A stretch of DNA of 53,810 bases from Octopus bimaculoides (Eukaryota): contig NC_068993.1 of assembly GCF_001194135.2 (NCBI RefSeq), positions 543,375 through 597,184 on the forward strand, given 5' to 3'. The notes under the pieces are model-generated. The model had not been told where the DNA came from, did no database searches, and saw only the letters and a list, made by a program, of their open reading frames with translations. Positions 1 through 10,474 of the stretch are shown here, one piece after another. The position numbers and the translations under genes are program-made. Position 1 is the first letter of the stretch, and every line of letters begins with the position of its first letter.

Positions 1-19
1 ATATATATATATCAACATC

Positions 20-330
20 ATCATCATCGTCATCATCATTTAACATCCGCCTTCCATGCTGGCATGGGTTGGATGGTTTGACAAGAGCTGGCCAAGCAGA
101 AGACTGCACCAAGTTTCTCTGTTTTGACATAGTTTCTATGATTGGATGCCCTTCCTAACACCAACCACCCAGCAGAGCGGACTGGCTGCTTTTTACGTGG
201 CACCAGTACAGACAAGATCGGTTTTGGCAAGGTTCTTTACAGCTGGATGCCCTTCCAAATGCCAACCACTTTACTGAGAGGACTGGATGCCTTTTAGGTG
301 GTGCCAGCACTGATTTTTGTCTGATCTTTG
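20..330 (-). mobile_element. Retroposon 3' end with (GAT)n tail (RTE-type LINE 3' UTR or derived SINE)
   Basis: Shares ggatgcccttcc..ccaaccac and catgctagcatggaaagcggacgttaaa-type motifs with many other copies in the window. Confidence 0.75.
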
Positions 331-912
331 AAAGCATGGAAAAATTGGGTGACAATGATGATGATAAAGATAATTCTGGTTAATAAAGACAAATTATTAA
401 ATTATTCTAATTAATATTATTATTAAGACTTTTTTTTTTAGATGTCGTATTGATACAGATCAATGGGTATTGATAAAATGTATTTATTAAGCAACACTTT
501 GATCTCTATATCAACCAAATATATTAATCAAACAGTGATTTAAGCATGATTGATCATATTAAAGAAAATTGCACAAACAAGAAAACACAGGAAACAAAAT
601 AAAATAAAATAAAATACAAATCTATAAATCAGACAAATTTATTTAAATATTTGTACAAAAAAACTACAACTTAATCAACAATACTAAAATATAAATAGTT
701 TGTTATAGATAATTAACTCTCTGAAAATTAAGCCTCTCATAATTAACTTTCTGATAATCAATCATTCATCTAACAAACACAAACTAGAATTCTTTACAAT
801 ATTGTTGATTCTTTTGTCCATTTTATTTCAACTATTTTTTTTTTTTTCTTTTATTCCAATTGTTCTCGGCATTCATCTCTGTTTATAGTTTAAAAAAATT
901 TATTTTTACAAT

Positions 913-1157
913 TTATGTATAATTTGAATATTTTAGATATTTTGCTTTTGGACAATCTTGAAGAAATGTTCTGGAGATATCTCTCCTTATAATAGATTTT
1001 TTCCTTGCTTTTTTGAATGGATACTGTGCAGATTTAGAATCCTCACCATCTTTATTGCTTTTGTTTTTGTTTTTATGAATGGAAAATCTTTCAAATTCTT
1101 TGGTACTTGGAGGAGTTTTATCAACTGATTTGTTCTTCCTCTTGATGGCTTTTCTAA
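913..1157 (-). CDS. TRPC: Candidate distal terminal exon of TRPC, Lys/Arg-rich tail (I)RKAIKRKNKSVDKTPPSTKEFERF...KYSNYT*
   Basis: Acceptor ttcttctatttccag at 1158-1160. Phase-1 frame open for 80 codons to TAA at 915-913, matching the phase-1 donor at 6971. AATAAA at 904-899 follows the stop. No homology check possible. Confidence 0.55.
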
Positions 1158-1175
1158 CTGGAAATAGAAGAATTA

Positions 1176-1428
1176 NNNNNNNNNNNNNNNNNNNNNNNNN
1201 NNNNNNNNNNNNNNNNNNNNNNNNNNNNNNNNNNNNNNNNNNNNNNNNNNNNNNNNNNNNNNNNNNNNNNNNNNNNNNNNNNNNNNNNNNNNNNNNNNNN
1301 NNNNNNNNNNNNNNNNNNNNNNNNNNNNNNNNNNNNNNNNNNNNNNNNNNNNNNNNNNNNNNNNNNNNNNNNNNNNNNNNNNNNNNNNNNNNNNNNNNNN
1401 NNNNNNNNNNNNNNNNNNNNNNNNNNNN
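1176..1428. other. Assembly gap. Other gaps: 2064-2073, 3803-4000, 9633-10042, 25326-25357, 37174-37183, 45371-45380, 51149-51158
   Basis: Runs of N. Confidence 1.
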
Positions 1429-1995
1429 AACTGATTTGTTCTTCCTCTTGATGGCTTTTCTAACTGGAAATAGAAGAATTACACAAATATCATTAAACAG
1501 CTTTTTGAGTTGTTGTTTAGTTCTATGTTATCTCTGATCAAACCGATCTGCCATAAAAATCTTTCACCCAAACCAAACCAAAATGGTCCAATTTGTCATT
1601 CTTGGTTTTTAACTTCTTCAACTATGTCTTCAACAACCTATTTCATGGTTGGATTCATTAAAACTAAATATTTCATTAGGTTATCATTGCAATTTCCAAT
1701 AAACAGGGTTGCAAAGGTTTATAAAGTCATAACTGATGGGAAATCCTGTTATTTCACAGAAATCACTCAACTGTGAACAGAAAAAGTTGGTCATCATTCT
1801 GCTCATTTAACAACCATCTTCCATGCTGGGTTGAATGACTTGACAAGGATCTGATGAGTTGAAGAACAGCATCATGCTCTAGTGTCTGCTTTGGCATGTT
1901 TTCTATTGATAGATGTCTTTTCTAATAACCACCATTTTACAATGTGCGTATGTGTTTTATTTTACACACATACATACATTCATGCATAAATATGC

Positions 1996-2063
<68 letters not shown>

Positions 2064-2479
2064 NNNNNNNNNNATGTATATGTATATATACATATATATA
2101 TATGTATATGTATATATATGTATATGTATATATACATATATATATATGTATGTATATATAAAATAATAAGGATTATTACAAAGTAGCATTAGCATTACCT
2201 TTAATCCCTTTTGATATTCAGCTTCAAACAGACCTACACATGTTGTTTCTATTGCATTTTGATGAGTAACTGTTGCAGTTGCAACTCCACTATAATACAG
2301 GTGCAATTTCTTCAGGGTCTTCACTTTAATATCCTTTAACTGTTTAAAGTTTTATGTTGATTCCCTTTGATGCGAAGTTGTACGTTAATTTAGACGCAAA
2401 CTATCTTCAATTCAAGTATTGATTGGATAATCACTTGTTTTTTCCTTATAGCAAGTTATTTCAAAACACTTCATTTTTT

Positions 2480-2950
2480 AAATGTTTATGTAGATCGAAA
2501 CTGAACCAAATTCGATGACTGGCACCCGTGCCTGTGGAGCGCTAACAGCACTTTCCAAGTGGGATCACTGCCAGAGCAGTGGTCTCGCTTCCGTGCTGGT
2601 GGCATGTAAAAAGCACCATTTGAGCGCGATCGTTTCCAGCTTTGTTTTACTGTCACTTGTGCCAGTGACATGTGAACAAAACATTGGACTGGCTCCTGTG
2701 CAGGTGGTATGTAAAAAACACCATTTGAGCGTGGCCGTTACCAGTACCACCTGACTGGCCTTCGTGCGGTGGCACGTAAAAGCACCCACTATACTCACGG
2801 AGTGGTTGGCGTTAGGAAGGGCATCCAGCTGTAGAAACTCTGCCAGATCAGATTGAAGCCTAGTGCAGCCATCTGGTTCGCCAGTCCTCAGTCAAATTGT
2901 TCTACCCATGCTAGCATGGAAAGCGGACGTTAAACGATGATGATGATGTA
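2480..2950 (+). mobile_element. (GAT)n-tailed retroposon, same family, with three internal gtgg.(c)gtaaaaagcacc modules
   Basis: Ends ccatgctagcatggaaagcggacgttaaacgatgatgatg. Near-identical 3' ends at 30290-30460 and 53285-53410. Confidence 0.8.
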
Positions 2951-4000
2951 TGTGAATGATGGCCATCAATATTCTGCCATTTTTGTGGCTTATCAACAAG
3001 TACCTGTATTTACTCTAGCCCTGCTTCTAATTTATATTTGCCTCCAATTTGGTTCAGATATTATAAACATAGAATATTTGAATAAACATTTACAAATTTA
3101 GGGAGTTGAATGTTTTATGTTATAAACTAAAATTAAAATCTTAATGCCTAAATATTTATCATAAATCTATTATAGAATTGAATTACAAATTTAGATTAAT
3201 ATTAAATTTATTATAAAGATTTAATTATAAATTAATAAACAATAATTATAGCTTAATTATCAATTTATTAAAAATACTAATTGTACATTTACAAATAATG
3301 ATTATACATTGTTATAATTAATAATAAATTCAATAAAAAATATTAATAATTTATTTTTGGTTAATTAAATTTGCTAAATCTAATGTGTACAATACCTGAC
3401 CAGTCTTGGAATGTCTCTGAAATAAAATGTGGCACAATTTGCAGCTTTTACAGAAGGTGCAGACATAAGATGCAAGGTATTTGGGTGCAGGGCAAAAGAA
3501 ATATAAATGGCAAAAAAAAACAACATGCAAATCAAATGTAAATAATATGCAAATAATATGTAAACTGTGTAAAAACATGCAGAGAGAAAAATGAAATGTA
3601 GATATCAAAGAATATTCCCAAAACAGTTTCCTGACCATATTCTTTATTGATAATAGATTAATTGAATGTTTTAATTAACTGTTAAAATAATCAATACTTT
3701 TGAAGGATTTTAGTAAAGTAACAATAATTATATTTATTGGAATATTAACCTAAATAGCATATTTGGAGCCATCTAGCAATATGCCATTTTATATATGTAT
3801 ATNNNNNNNNNNNNNNNNNNNNNNNNNNNNNNNNNNNNNNNNNNNNNNNNNNNNNNNNNNNNNNNNNNNNNNNNNNNNNNNNNNNNNNNNNNNNNNNNNN
3901 NNNNNNNNNNNNNNNNNNNNNNNNNNNNNNNNNNNNNNNNNNNNNNNNNNNNNNNNNNNNNNNNNNNNNNNNNNNNNNNNNNNNNNNNNNNNNNNNNNNN

Positions 4001-4032
<32 letters not shown>

Positions 4033-5019
4033 ATGTGTATGTGTGTGTGTGTGTGAGTGTATGTAGATATTCATGACTTGGAATCCCAAAGTCTGATTCA
4101 GTTTCATTTTCTTTTATGTTTCTGTCGTTTACCTTCAACCATGTTACCTTCCACCGATAAAGTTACCTCTCCATTGTCTGTGCGTCCTCCAGTCACATAA
4201 CGTGAAGCCTTCTACTTCTAAATGTCTCACAACTTTATTTAACTCCCCCCCACCTAGATATATCATTCTTCACAGTTAATGCATTCACGCCCAGTTTACA
4301 TTCAAGACATTAGTTCTGCCACAGGTTCCATTCCAGGGTTAAGGCATTCAAATTAAATTACCATTCACAAAAATGTTTAAATCAGAAAATATTATTTTAA
4401 AAAAAGCATAAATTAAACAATAATTGCCATCACAAAATAATTACATTGCTGCTATTTCATGCATACTTTGCTGTCTGGAAGATTATATCTTTAAATTGTT
4501 ATCGGAGAGGTCATATATTCTATAAACTCTTAAAGGAAGGTTCTCGTATAATATCAAATTAATATTTAACTGAATAAATTAAATTTTGTGATAGCAGGTT
4601 AGGATTTGAAGAAATTGGCAGTAATTTTGGTCATCCCAGCAACTGCATTGTCCTTCAGGGAAACTAAATTTATCATTTATATTTGACTGATTCAATCAAA
4701 ACCTGATGTATTGAACACTTTCCTTTTTAGATCAATCAAGGAGAAACTGAAACTGTATTTATTAAGGAACATGACTAAAGATCAATATCAAATATTTATT
4801 TTTTATGTAATAAAGCAAAATTGAAATTGCTTTTGTAATATATTGTTAGGTAAATGAAGTAATTATTTCCAATAAATTATATTTAATAAAAAAAAAGAAA
4901 AAGAAAAACGCTTATGGCAGGGAATTATTGTGAGGTTTCTGTAAATAGAACTCTGTAAATTTTAGAAACATTTTCAACTATTGAAGGTGTATGTGATTAA
5001 CAGGAACCACATTAGAAGA

Positions 5020-5270
5020 GAGTGGGTGTGGCTAACTCAAGATAGACACTGTATGGGTGTGTCTGAATTGTATGGGAAGTGCATGGGTGTGGCTAACATA
5101 AGACAGAACTGTTTGGGTGTGTCTAAACTACTTGGAAAGTGTGTGGGTGTGGCTAATATAAAACATAACTATTTAGATGTGTCTAAATTACTTGGGAAGA
5201 AAGTGAGTTTGGGGGATACTGTATGGGTGTGTCTAAATTGCTTGGGAAGTGTGTATGGGTGTGGCAAGTG
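5020..5270. repeat. Degenerate 60-bp minisatellite, about 4 units
   Basis: Sequence from 5041, 5101 and 5161 aligns with an exact 60-nt period, with tgggtgtg twice per unit. Confidence 0.85.
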
Positions 5271-6879
5271 TGGGTTTGTTAAATTAATTATTCATACCTC
5301 CAAGCGAGTCCTTGCCAAAACAATATTTTGTCCTTTGCTTCTTGAAAGATTTCCATTTCTTTTGATGCAGTAATCTCATTTGTGAAGAGAAATGCTTGTG
5401 TTTGTATGTGTATATATGTTTACTTGTGTGTGTGTGTGTGTACATTTTAGGTCTTTAATGTAACTGGTGAATCGAAAGTTCTGTAGAAAGAACTATTGTC
5501 TAAGGATAGAACTAAACTTATGGCTAATTCCTTGTTTGATTCTAATTTAAAGGCAAAAATCTCAATAAGCATTATTATAATAGATTCAGAAATATTAAAT
5601 ATAAGCTTAGAATATAGGAAAGAAATTATATTTTGAACTATGATAACTGTCTTGTCAATCAGTCATGTGCAATTAGTGAAGTGTTCACAATTTAATGAGA
5701 AGATGACCAATTAGCCTCTTGTCATTTCTGACCCTGATGATTAGAGGGGATGGGAGTGGAAGAGGATTTTTCTCCAAACATCCTATATGATGATGATAAT
5801 GATGATGAAGATGGGAGGAGGAGGAGGCTGTGTACACCTCAAAATAATTAGGCGATAATGATGTAAATGATAATGATGAAGATGATGATGATGAAAATGA
5901 TGATGATGATGAAAATGATGATGATGATATTTGCTATGCTATTACTATTATGTACATAAACAATTCTGTATTTGAGAGAAGTCTTCTTAACAATATCCCC
6001 AGGCATGTTGTAAAGCCAAGATTAAACAAGTGACAGAGAAATTTGAAAGGCAGGGGGAATGTTTAGGGGATAGTTTTAATGTTTTGAGTAGAAACACAGT
6101 CATCCCTGCTGTTTAAATCGGTTTTGCACATGTTCTCTGTTCATCCTTCAAATCCGAAAATATTTTCCTTGAAAACTCCATTTCAACTTCAAGAAATTTG
6201 GATTCAAGGAAATCTTGAAGGTTTGAGAGAAGACTGCCCATTGGAATATTGTAAAAGAAGACTTAAGAAACAGCCAACGTTTTGAATACAGATTGCTGAG
6301 ACTGAGAACTGAAGTGGGTTTTAAGGAAGTTTTTGGTTAGAATGTATTTTTGCTTTTCTTAACAGAAAGCTGTTCCACCAACCAATAAATGGTCATCAAA
6401 GAAGCTACCATTTCTATGTTGGAGCCCATCTCAGCCCATTTGTGCCACCATTTCAGTAGGAAAGGAGGGAAAGAATTGGAAATTTATGACATTCATGAAT
6501 TCTTTGGAAAGTATTTTTGATGCAAAGGAAGACAGACATTTCAGTGAGCGGGAAATGGAAATGGTCAAAGCTTGCAAGGATCCCATCCACAACGTGTTGC
6601 TAGGCAACATAGACTGGATGGAATTAAGACAAGACGAGTTATCTTCTCTTATTATGAGAATTCTGATTGTGTTTCTCAACGAAACGTTTTGTTCCATTCA
6701 GACAGGAAAACCAAAAGCAAACACTGGACAAATTGCACAGCCTCACTGATAGCAAGACAAATCTTTAAACCTTACTATTTTTTTAAAAAATCATTTAAAA
6801 AAATTGTATTTAATTATCTTGTTTTTATATGCTAATTAATAAAAGGAATGTTTTAAAGTGTTTCCAGGCAACCAAGTAA

Positions 6880-7158
6880 TTATTCCTCAACCAAGCCAGC
6901 TTCTTCCAAAAGCTGTTCGGGATTAGTATCAGTTGCCACTGAAAGGTTCTTCCACATTCGGTCTTTCTTACTCGAGGTTTTCGCTTGATGGATAACAGGT
7001 GTTTCGAAACCATTGCTATTTAACACTTGCATCAGCTCGAAACGGAATGTTGAGATATCTTGTTTAAGTTCATTAACGTCGTCTTGGGAGACTATTTCGT
7101 CTTTCTGTGGGCGTTGTTTATTCATGATGTATCGACTAATAAGTTTACGGATAACCAC
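6880..7158 (-). CDS. TRPC: TRPC C-terminal coiled-coil exon (VVIRKLISRY...ELKQDISTFRFEL...), reading to TAA at 6880 or splicing at the internal donor 6971
   Basis: Acceptor tttcttgcacag at 7159-7161, phase 0. Motif DDVNELKQDISTFRFEL is typical of TRPC C-termini. Confidence 0.88.
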   Translation of the reverse strand: MVIRKLISRYIMNKQRPQKDEIVSQDDVNELKQDISTFRFELMQVLNSNGFETPVIHQAKTSSKKDRMWKNLSVATDTNPEQLLEEAGLVEE

Positions 7159-7769
7159 CTGTGCAAGAAAAACATAACCAAAGCAGCTGTTAATTGGAAA
7201 CTCAGACAAATCACAAAAATTCTTTGATTACATACCAAAATATCAAAGAGAAGACATAGAGAGGAAAATACTGGTCGAAAAGATGGGAGAAAGAAGATGT
7301 AGATATTTCAAGAATTAAGAAAAACTAGCCGTGAACTTAAATGGTGAGTCTTCTAGTTGAAGAGGGGAGGGTGGAGCGGTTGTTTATTATTTACGTATCA
7401 TTATATACACAGCGTTATGTCGTTGGTGAGCTAAGTCTATCCGAGGTAGAATGAACAAGATGTTTTGTTACCTTACAGTCTTTAGTTCAAACCCTTGATT
7501 TTATTAATGTCTGTTTCAAAAAATAGAGCAGGAGTGTGGGGGAGTATATGGGAGGGGAATTCTTAAGGGAATGGATGGCTGCTTCTAGAGTAGAACTCAA
7601 CTCAACTTAACTGACATTTCTACCCCCACAATAAACTCCCTTGAATCTTGAAATAAAGGGCTACATGTTACCTCAACAATCAATAACAAATTTATCGATT
7701 AATGTTTTTTAAAGATCAATATAAAGTTTACAGTAATTTCGCTAAGAAATAATAAATATCAAATTTCAC

Positions 7770-7811
7770 CTGGTAACGGATTTCTCTCTTGTTAATGTTG
7801 GAAACGGTAGA
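7770..7811 (-). CDS. TRPC: TRPC 42-nt microexon STVSNINKREIRYQ
   Basis: Acceptor ctatttttcag at 7812-7814, donor CAG|gtgaaa at 7769, phase 0-0. Supplies the RYQ that precedes V(V)IRKLISRY in TRPCs. Confidence 0.75.
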
Positions 7812-8652
7812 CTGAAAAATAGACATGAGAGAAACAATATTGAAATAATAATGAGGAATATTAAAACAACAATGGAATCATAAAGAATTGAAAAATAATA
7901 ATGTAACAATAAAGAAAAAGTAATGAAAAAATAGTAAAAAACAATTGCTAACAAAGACACAAGTTGGAGGGGATGGGACAAGGTAAGGGTGGAAGGGGAA
8001 GACAAATCCACCCCAGGAGCTGAGTTGTACCTTATTTTATTCTCCTCAGAGAGATGAAAGATAAAGTTGACTCAAGCAGGATTTGAACTCTGAATTAAGG
8101 GACCATAACTTAATACCACAAGGCATTTTGTCAGATATTCTAATAACTTTCAAAGCAATAATAAAGAATTCATGAAATAATAATAATAATTAAGGTGTGA
8201 AATATCCATACAGAGAAATGTGTTGGGTGGGTTTAGACATTTTATCCATTTCCTATGAATTGTGAGTTTGTTTGAATGAAGCTGACCAGGGACAGCCAAA
8301 GGGACACAACAACAACAACAATAACAATATGAACCTTCCTTAATATCTCTGGATTTATTTCAGGCAATGACTCAAGAGAATCAATCGAACAACAGACAAA
8401 ATATTTGTGGTTTTTTGAGTTGTGTTATTTCAAGTTCTAAGTTCAAATCTTGTTGAGGTCATCTTTGCCTTTCATTGTTCCAGGGACAATAGAAATGAAG
8501 AACCAAGGAAATATCGGATTCTTTAATAGTTCCTAGAAAACATTTTGGAAGGGAGCGGAATTATTGTTGAAGATTAATTTTAACAGAGACATTGGAGGAG
8601 TTTTTTATATGTCATAAGTTGACTGAGCCAGAGTTAATCAAAACTGTCCAAG

Positions 8653-8960
8653 GCTGACCAGGGCTTCCCCAAGAATGGCTAGAGCTGACCAGGGCTTCCC
8701 CAAGAATGGCTAGAGCTGACCAGGATTGACTAGGGCTGACCAGGGCTTCCCCAAGAATGGCTAGAGCTGACCAGGATTGACTAGGGCTGACCAGGGCTTC
8801 CCCAAGAATGGCTAGAGCTGACCAGGATTGACTAGGGCTGACCAGGGCTTCCCCAAGAATGGCTAGAGCTGACCAGGATTGACCAGGGCTTCCCCAAGAA
8901 TGGCTAGAGCTGACCAGGATTGACTAGGGCTGATCAGAGCTTGACCAAAATTGACCGGGT
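8653..8960. repeat. Compound minisatellite of 31-bp (A) and 20-bp (B) units forming a 51-bp higher-order repeat
   Basis: Six exact copies of gcttccccaagaatggctaga interleaved with gctgaccagg/attgactagg decamers. Confidence 0.92.
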
Positions 8961-9009
8961 CTTCACTACAATAATGGATCTTCCTGAACGTTTGAATTAA
9001 TGGACTCAC

Positions 9010-9204
9010 CCGAACATTCTTCCATTTGACTGTCTTCTGTTCTGCTGTGTGAGCCAAAAGCAAATTCTTGATGGATGCAACTGTATTTGTAAAAGACTTT
9101 GGACTTGGGAAAATGTTAAAAGGTGGAGGAACTGTGGCTCCCTCTGCAAAGTAACTTATCCAGAGTCTGGAACGAGCAAATTTCCATTCTTCATCAGCTT
9201 GGCT
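9010..9204 (-). CDS. TRPC: TRPC TRP-box exon [37 protein letters not shown]...KWKNVR
   Basis: EWKFAR and PPPFN motifs. Acceptor aattcag at 9205-9207, donor gtgagt at 9009, 195 nt, phase 0-0. Not in the supplied ORF track as a whole. Confidence 0.96.
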
Positions 9205-9362
9205 CTGAATTTAAAAAAAAACAAAAATATAAAGCTATAAAAATATATAAAGTTATATATAAAATTAAACATTTTGCCACATAAACACATAATCGTCATA
9301 AGACCATTACCCTTCTTTCTAACATCGTTATCATCATCTTTATCGCAATTATTGCTGCTCTA

Positions 9363-9394
<32 letters not shown>

Positions 9395-9415
9395 CATTAT
9401 TATTATTATTATTAC

Positions 9416-9454
<39 letters not shown>

Positions 9455-9479
9455 TATAACCATTATTATTATTATTATT

Positions 9480-10042
9480 CAGTAGTTTTATTTTTATAAC
9501 GTGCTTTCACTTCACTACCGAGCGCAGCTCTGTGCGCCTTGGGTATGTGCTGTGGTTTGCTGTGGTGCTCTTATGTTTACTGTATTGAAAGTGTTTTGCG
9601 TAGAATGTGTGCAGTACCCAGTAGTGCAATTTNNNNNNNNNNNNNNNNNNNNNNNNNNNNNNNNNNNNNNNNNNNNNNNNNNNNNNNNNNNNNNNNNNNN
9701 NNNNNNNNNNNNNNNNNNNNNNNNNNNNNNNNNNNNNNNNNNNNNNNNNNNNNNNNNNNNNNNNNNNNNNNNNNNNNNNNNNNNNNNNNNNNNNNNNNNN
9801 NNNNNNNNNNNNNNNNNNNNNNNNNNNNNNNNNNNNNNNNNNNNNNNNNNNNNNNNNNNNNNNNNNNNNNNNNNNNNNNNNNNNNNNNNNNNNNNNNNNN
9901 NNNNNNNNNNNNNNNNNNNNNNNNNNNNNNNNNNNNNNNNNNNNNNNNNNNNNNNNNNNNNNNNNNNNNNNNNNNNNNNNNNNNNNNNNNNNNNNNNNNN
10001 NNNNNNNNNNNNNNNNNNNNNNNNNNNNNNNNNNNNNNNNNN
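9480..10042 (-). mobile_element. R4/Dong-like non-LTR retrotransposon 3' end, partly in an N-gap, between (TTA)n arrays
   Basis: Reverse complement encodes IALLGTAHILRKTLSIQ* plus the same 3' UTR as the copy at 49120-49700. Confidence 0.85.
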
Positions 10043-10116
<74 letters not shown>

Positions 10117-10140
10117 TATTATTATTATTATTATTATTAC

Positions 10141-10193
<53 letters not shown>

Positions 10194-10428
10194 GTGGTAT
10201 TTTGCTCATTGCTACATTCTGTGTTCAAACTGCAGTTGTTTCCCTCTCTTTGAAAGAAAATGATCATTTAACCTTTGAAGATGTGTGAAAACGAATTTAA
10301 TGATAAATGGGTGGGGGAGATAATAAAACAAACAAATAAAAGTAGAGATGATCATGGTTTCAGATAAAAAATGGAACTTTGCATGACACATAAAACACGT
10401 AGTGATAACAGCAACCATAATGTGCATG

Positions 10429-10474
<46 letters not shown>

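Noticed and set aside
4070-4230. Minus-strand frame ending VEGNMVEGKRQKHKRK* as another TRPC terminal exon
   Set aside because: The acceptor is weak, the phase does not match the 6971 donor, and the peptide resembles a decayed RTE C-terminus.
8653-8960. Repeat-spacer-like array resembling CRISPR
   Set aside because: The 'spacers' are identical, there are no cas genes, and the context is a spliceosomal intron. It is a minisatellite.
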